Assembly (NCBI GenBank): GCA_002328625.1
Contig: DCVC01000260.1
Location: 1-53,489, forward strand
DNA: 53,489 bases
Direction: 5' to 3'
Source of the DNA: Bacteroidales bacterium UBA2198
GTDB lineage: Bacteria > Bacteroidota > Bacteroidia > Bacteroidales > VadinHA17
Position numbers and translations under genes: made by a program. The stretch's first letter is position 1. Each line of letters starts with the position of its first letter. Shown here piece by piece: positions 53,359 to 53,489 of the stretch. Below the pieces are notes generated by a model. That model had not been told where the DNA came from, did not search any database, and was given only the letters and a program-made list of their open reading frames with translations.

Positions 53359-53489
53359 TCAGAAAGTCATTTTTGCCAAATTCTTTTCTTTTCCGGAAAT
53401 GAAATTAGCTTTTATTCTTTCAACTACCAAATATACTACCGGAACAATTACCAATGAAAGCAACATGGAACTTGTAATCCCGCCAACCA
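53359..53489 (-). CDS. RND efflux transporter permease (AcrB/CzcA-like), last 42 codons only; the gene starts beyond the right edge
   Basis: Not in the ORF track. The minus frame reads ...VGGITSSMLLSLVIVPVVYLVVERIKANFISGKEKNLAKMTF*, with the stop at 53359-53361. GG..tS..L.L.v.Pv.Y is the characteristic last TM helix of RND pumps. Confidence 0.6.
   Translation of the reverse strand, partial: VGGITSSMLLSLVIVPVVYLVVERIKANFISGKEKNLAKMTF

Overview
This window looks like a Bacteroidota chromosome segment. The evidence is SusC/SusD, a hybrid two-component sensor with an AraC output, many lipoprotein signal peptides, and almost every gene on the minus strand.

Positions 1 to about 39.5 kb form one large polysaccharide utilisation locus (PUL). 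Reading in the transcription direction (high to low coordinates), it contains:
- a PQQ-like beta-propeller, the HTCS regulator, an SSS sugar symporter, araA and a DUF5107/TPR protein
- a Ser-type sulfatase, two esterases, a GH2 with a C-terminal FMN-bind domain, a beta-lactamase-fold hydrolase and a GH42
- three poorly characterised proteins (clan GH-D-like, a 971-aa unknown, and a tandem-VOC lipoprotein)
- a GH2 with a LamG insertion, SusC, SusD and a GH43 that runs off the left edge

This gene content suggests a (possibly sulfated) arabinogalactan or galactan substrate.

Positions 39.8-42.3 kb are an AT-rich, decayed mobile-element scar. It holds an abiEi antitoxin gene split by an internal inversion, orphan ORFs and a tyrosine-recombinase C-terminal remnant.

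Positions 42.3-53.5 kb are an AT-richer accessory cluster:
- methyltransferases, membrane proteins and a flavoprotein
- an amidohydrolase-Omp85 fusion, a cupin and a membrane AraC regulator
- an MBL hydrolase, an alpha/beta hydrolase, an NmrA-like pseudogene, an ICMT-like protein and the end of an RND pump

The most interesting signals are:
1. A roughly 75-nt conserved cis-element is present three times. It has ACATA-type direct repeats 21 bp apart and is followed by a micro-ORF starting MDD(L/I)(K/R).K.DG.
2. Two of those copies lie inside a roughly 256-bp, about 97% identical direct repeat that brackets the HTCS and beta-propeller genes. The repeat carries the last 18 nt of the HTCS gene.
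3. Two domain architectures are unusual: GH2 fused to an FMN-bind domain with an ApbE-type flavinylation motif, and amidohydrolase fused to an Omp85 barrel.
4. At least nine gene remnants or disrupted genes are present, a high density for one window.

I saw no CRISPR array, tRNA or rRNA. All family assignments come from motif recognition by eye and need HMM or BLAST confirmation.
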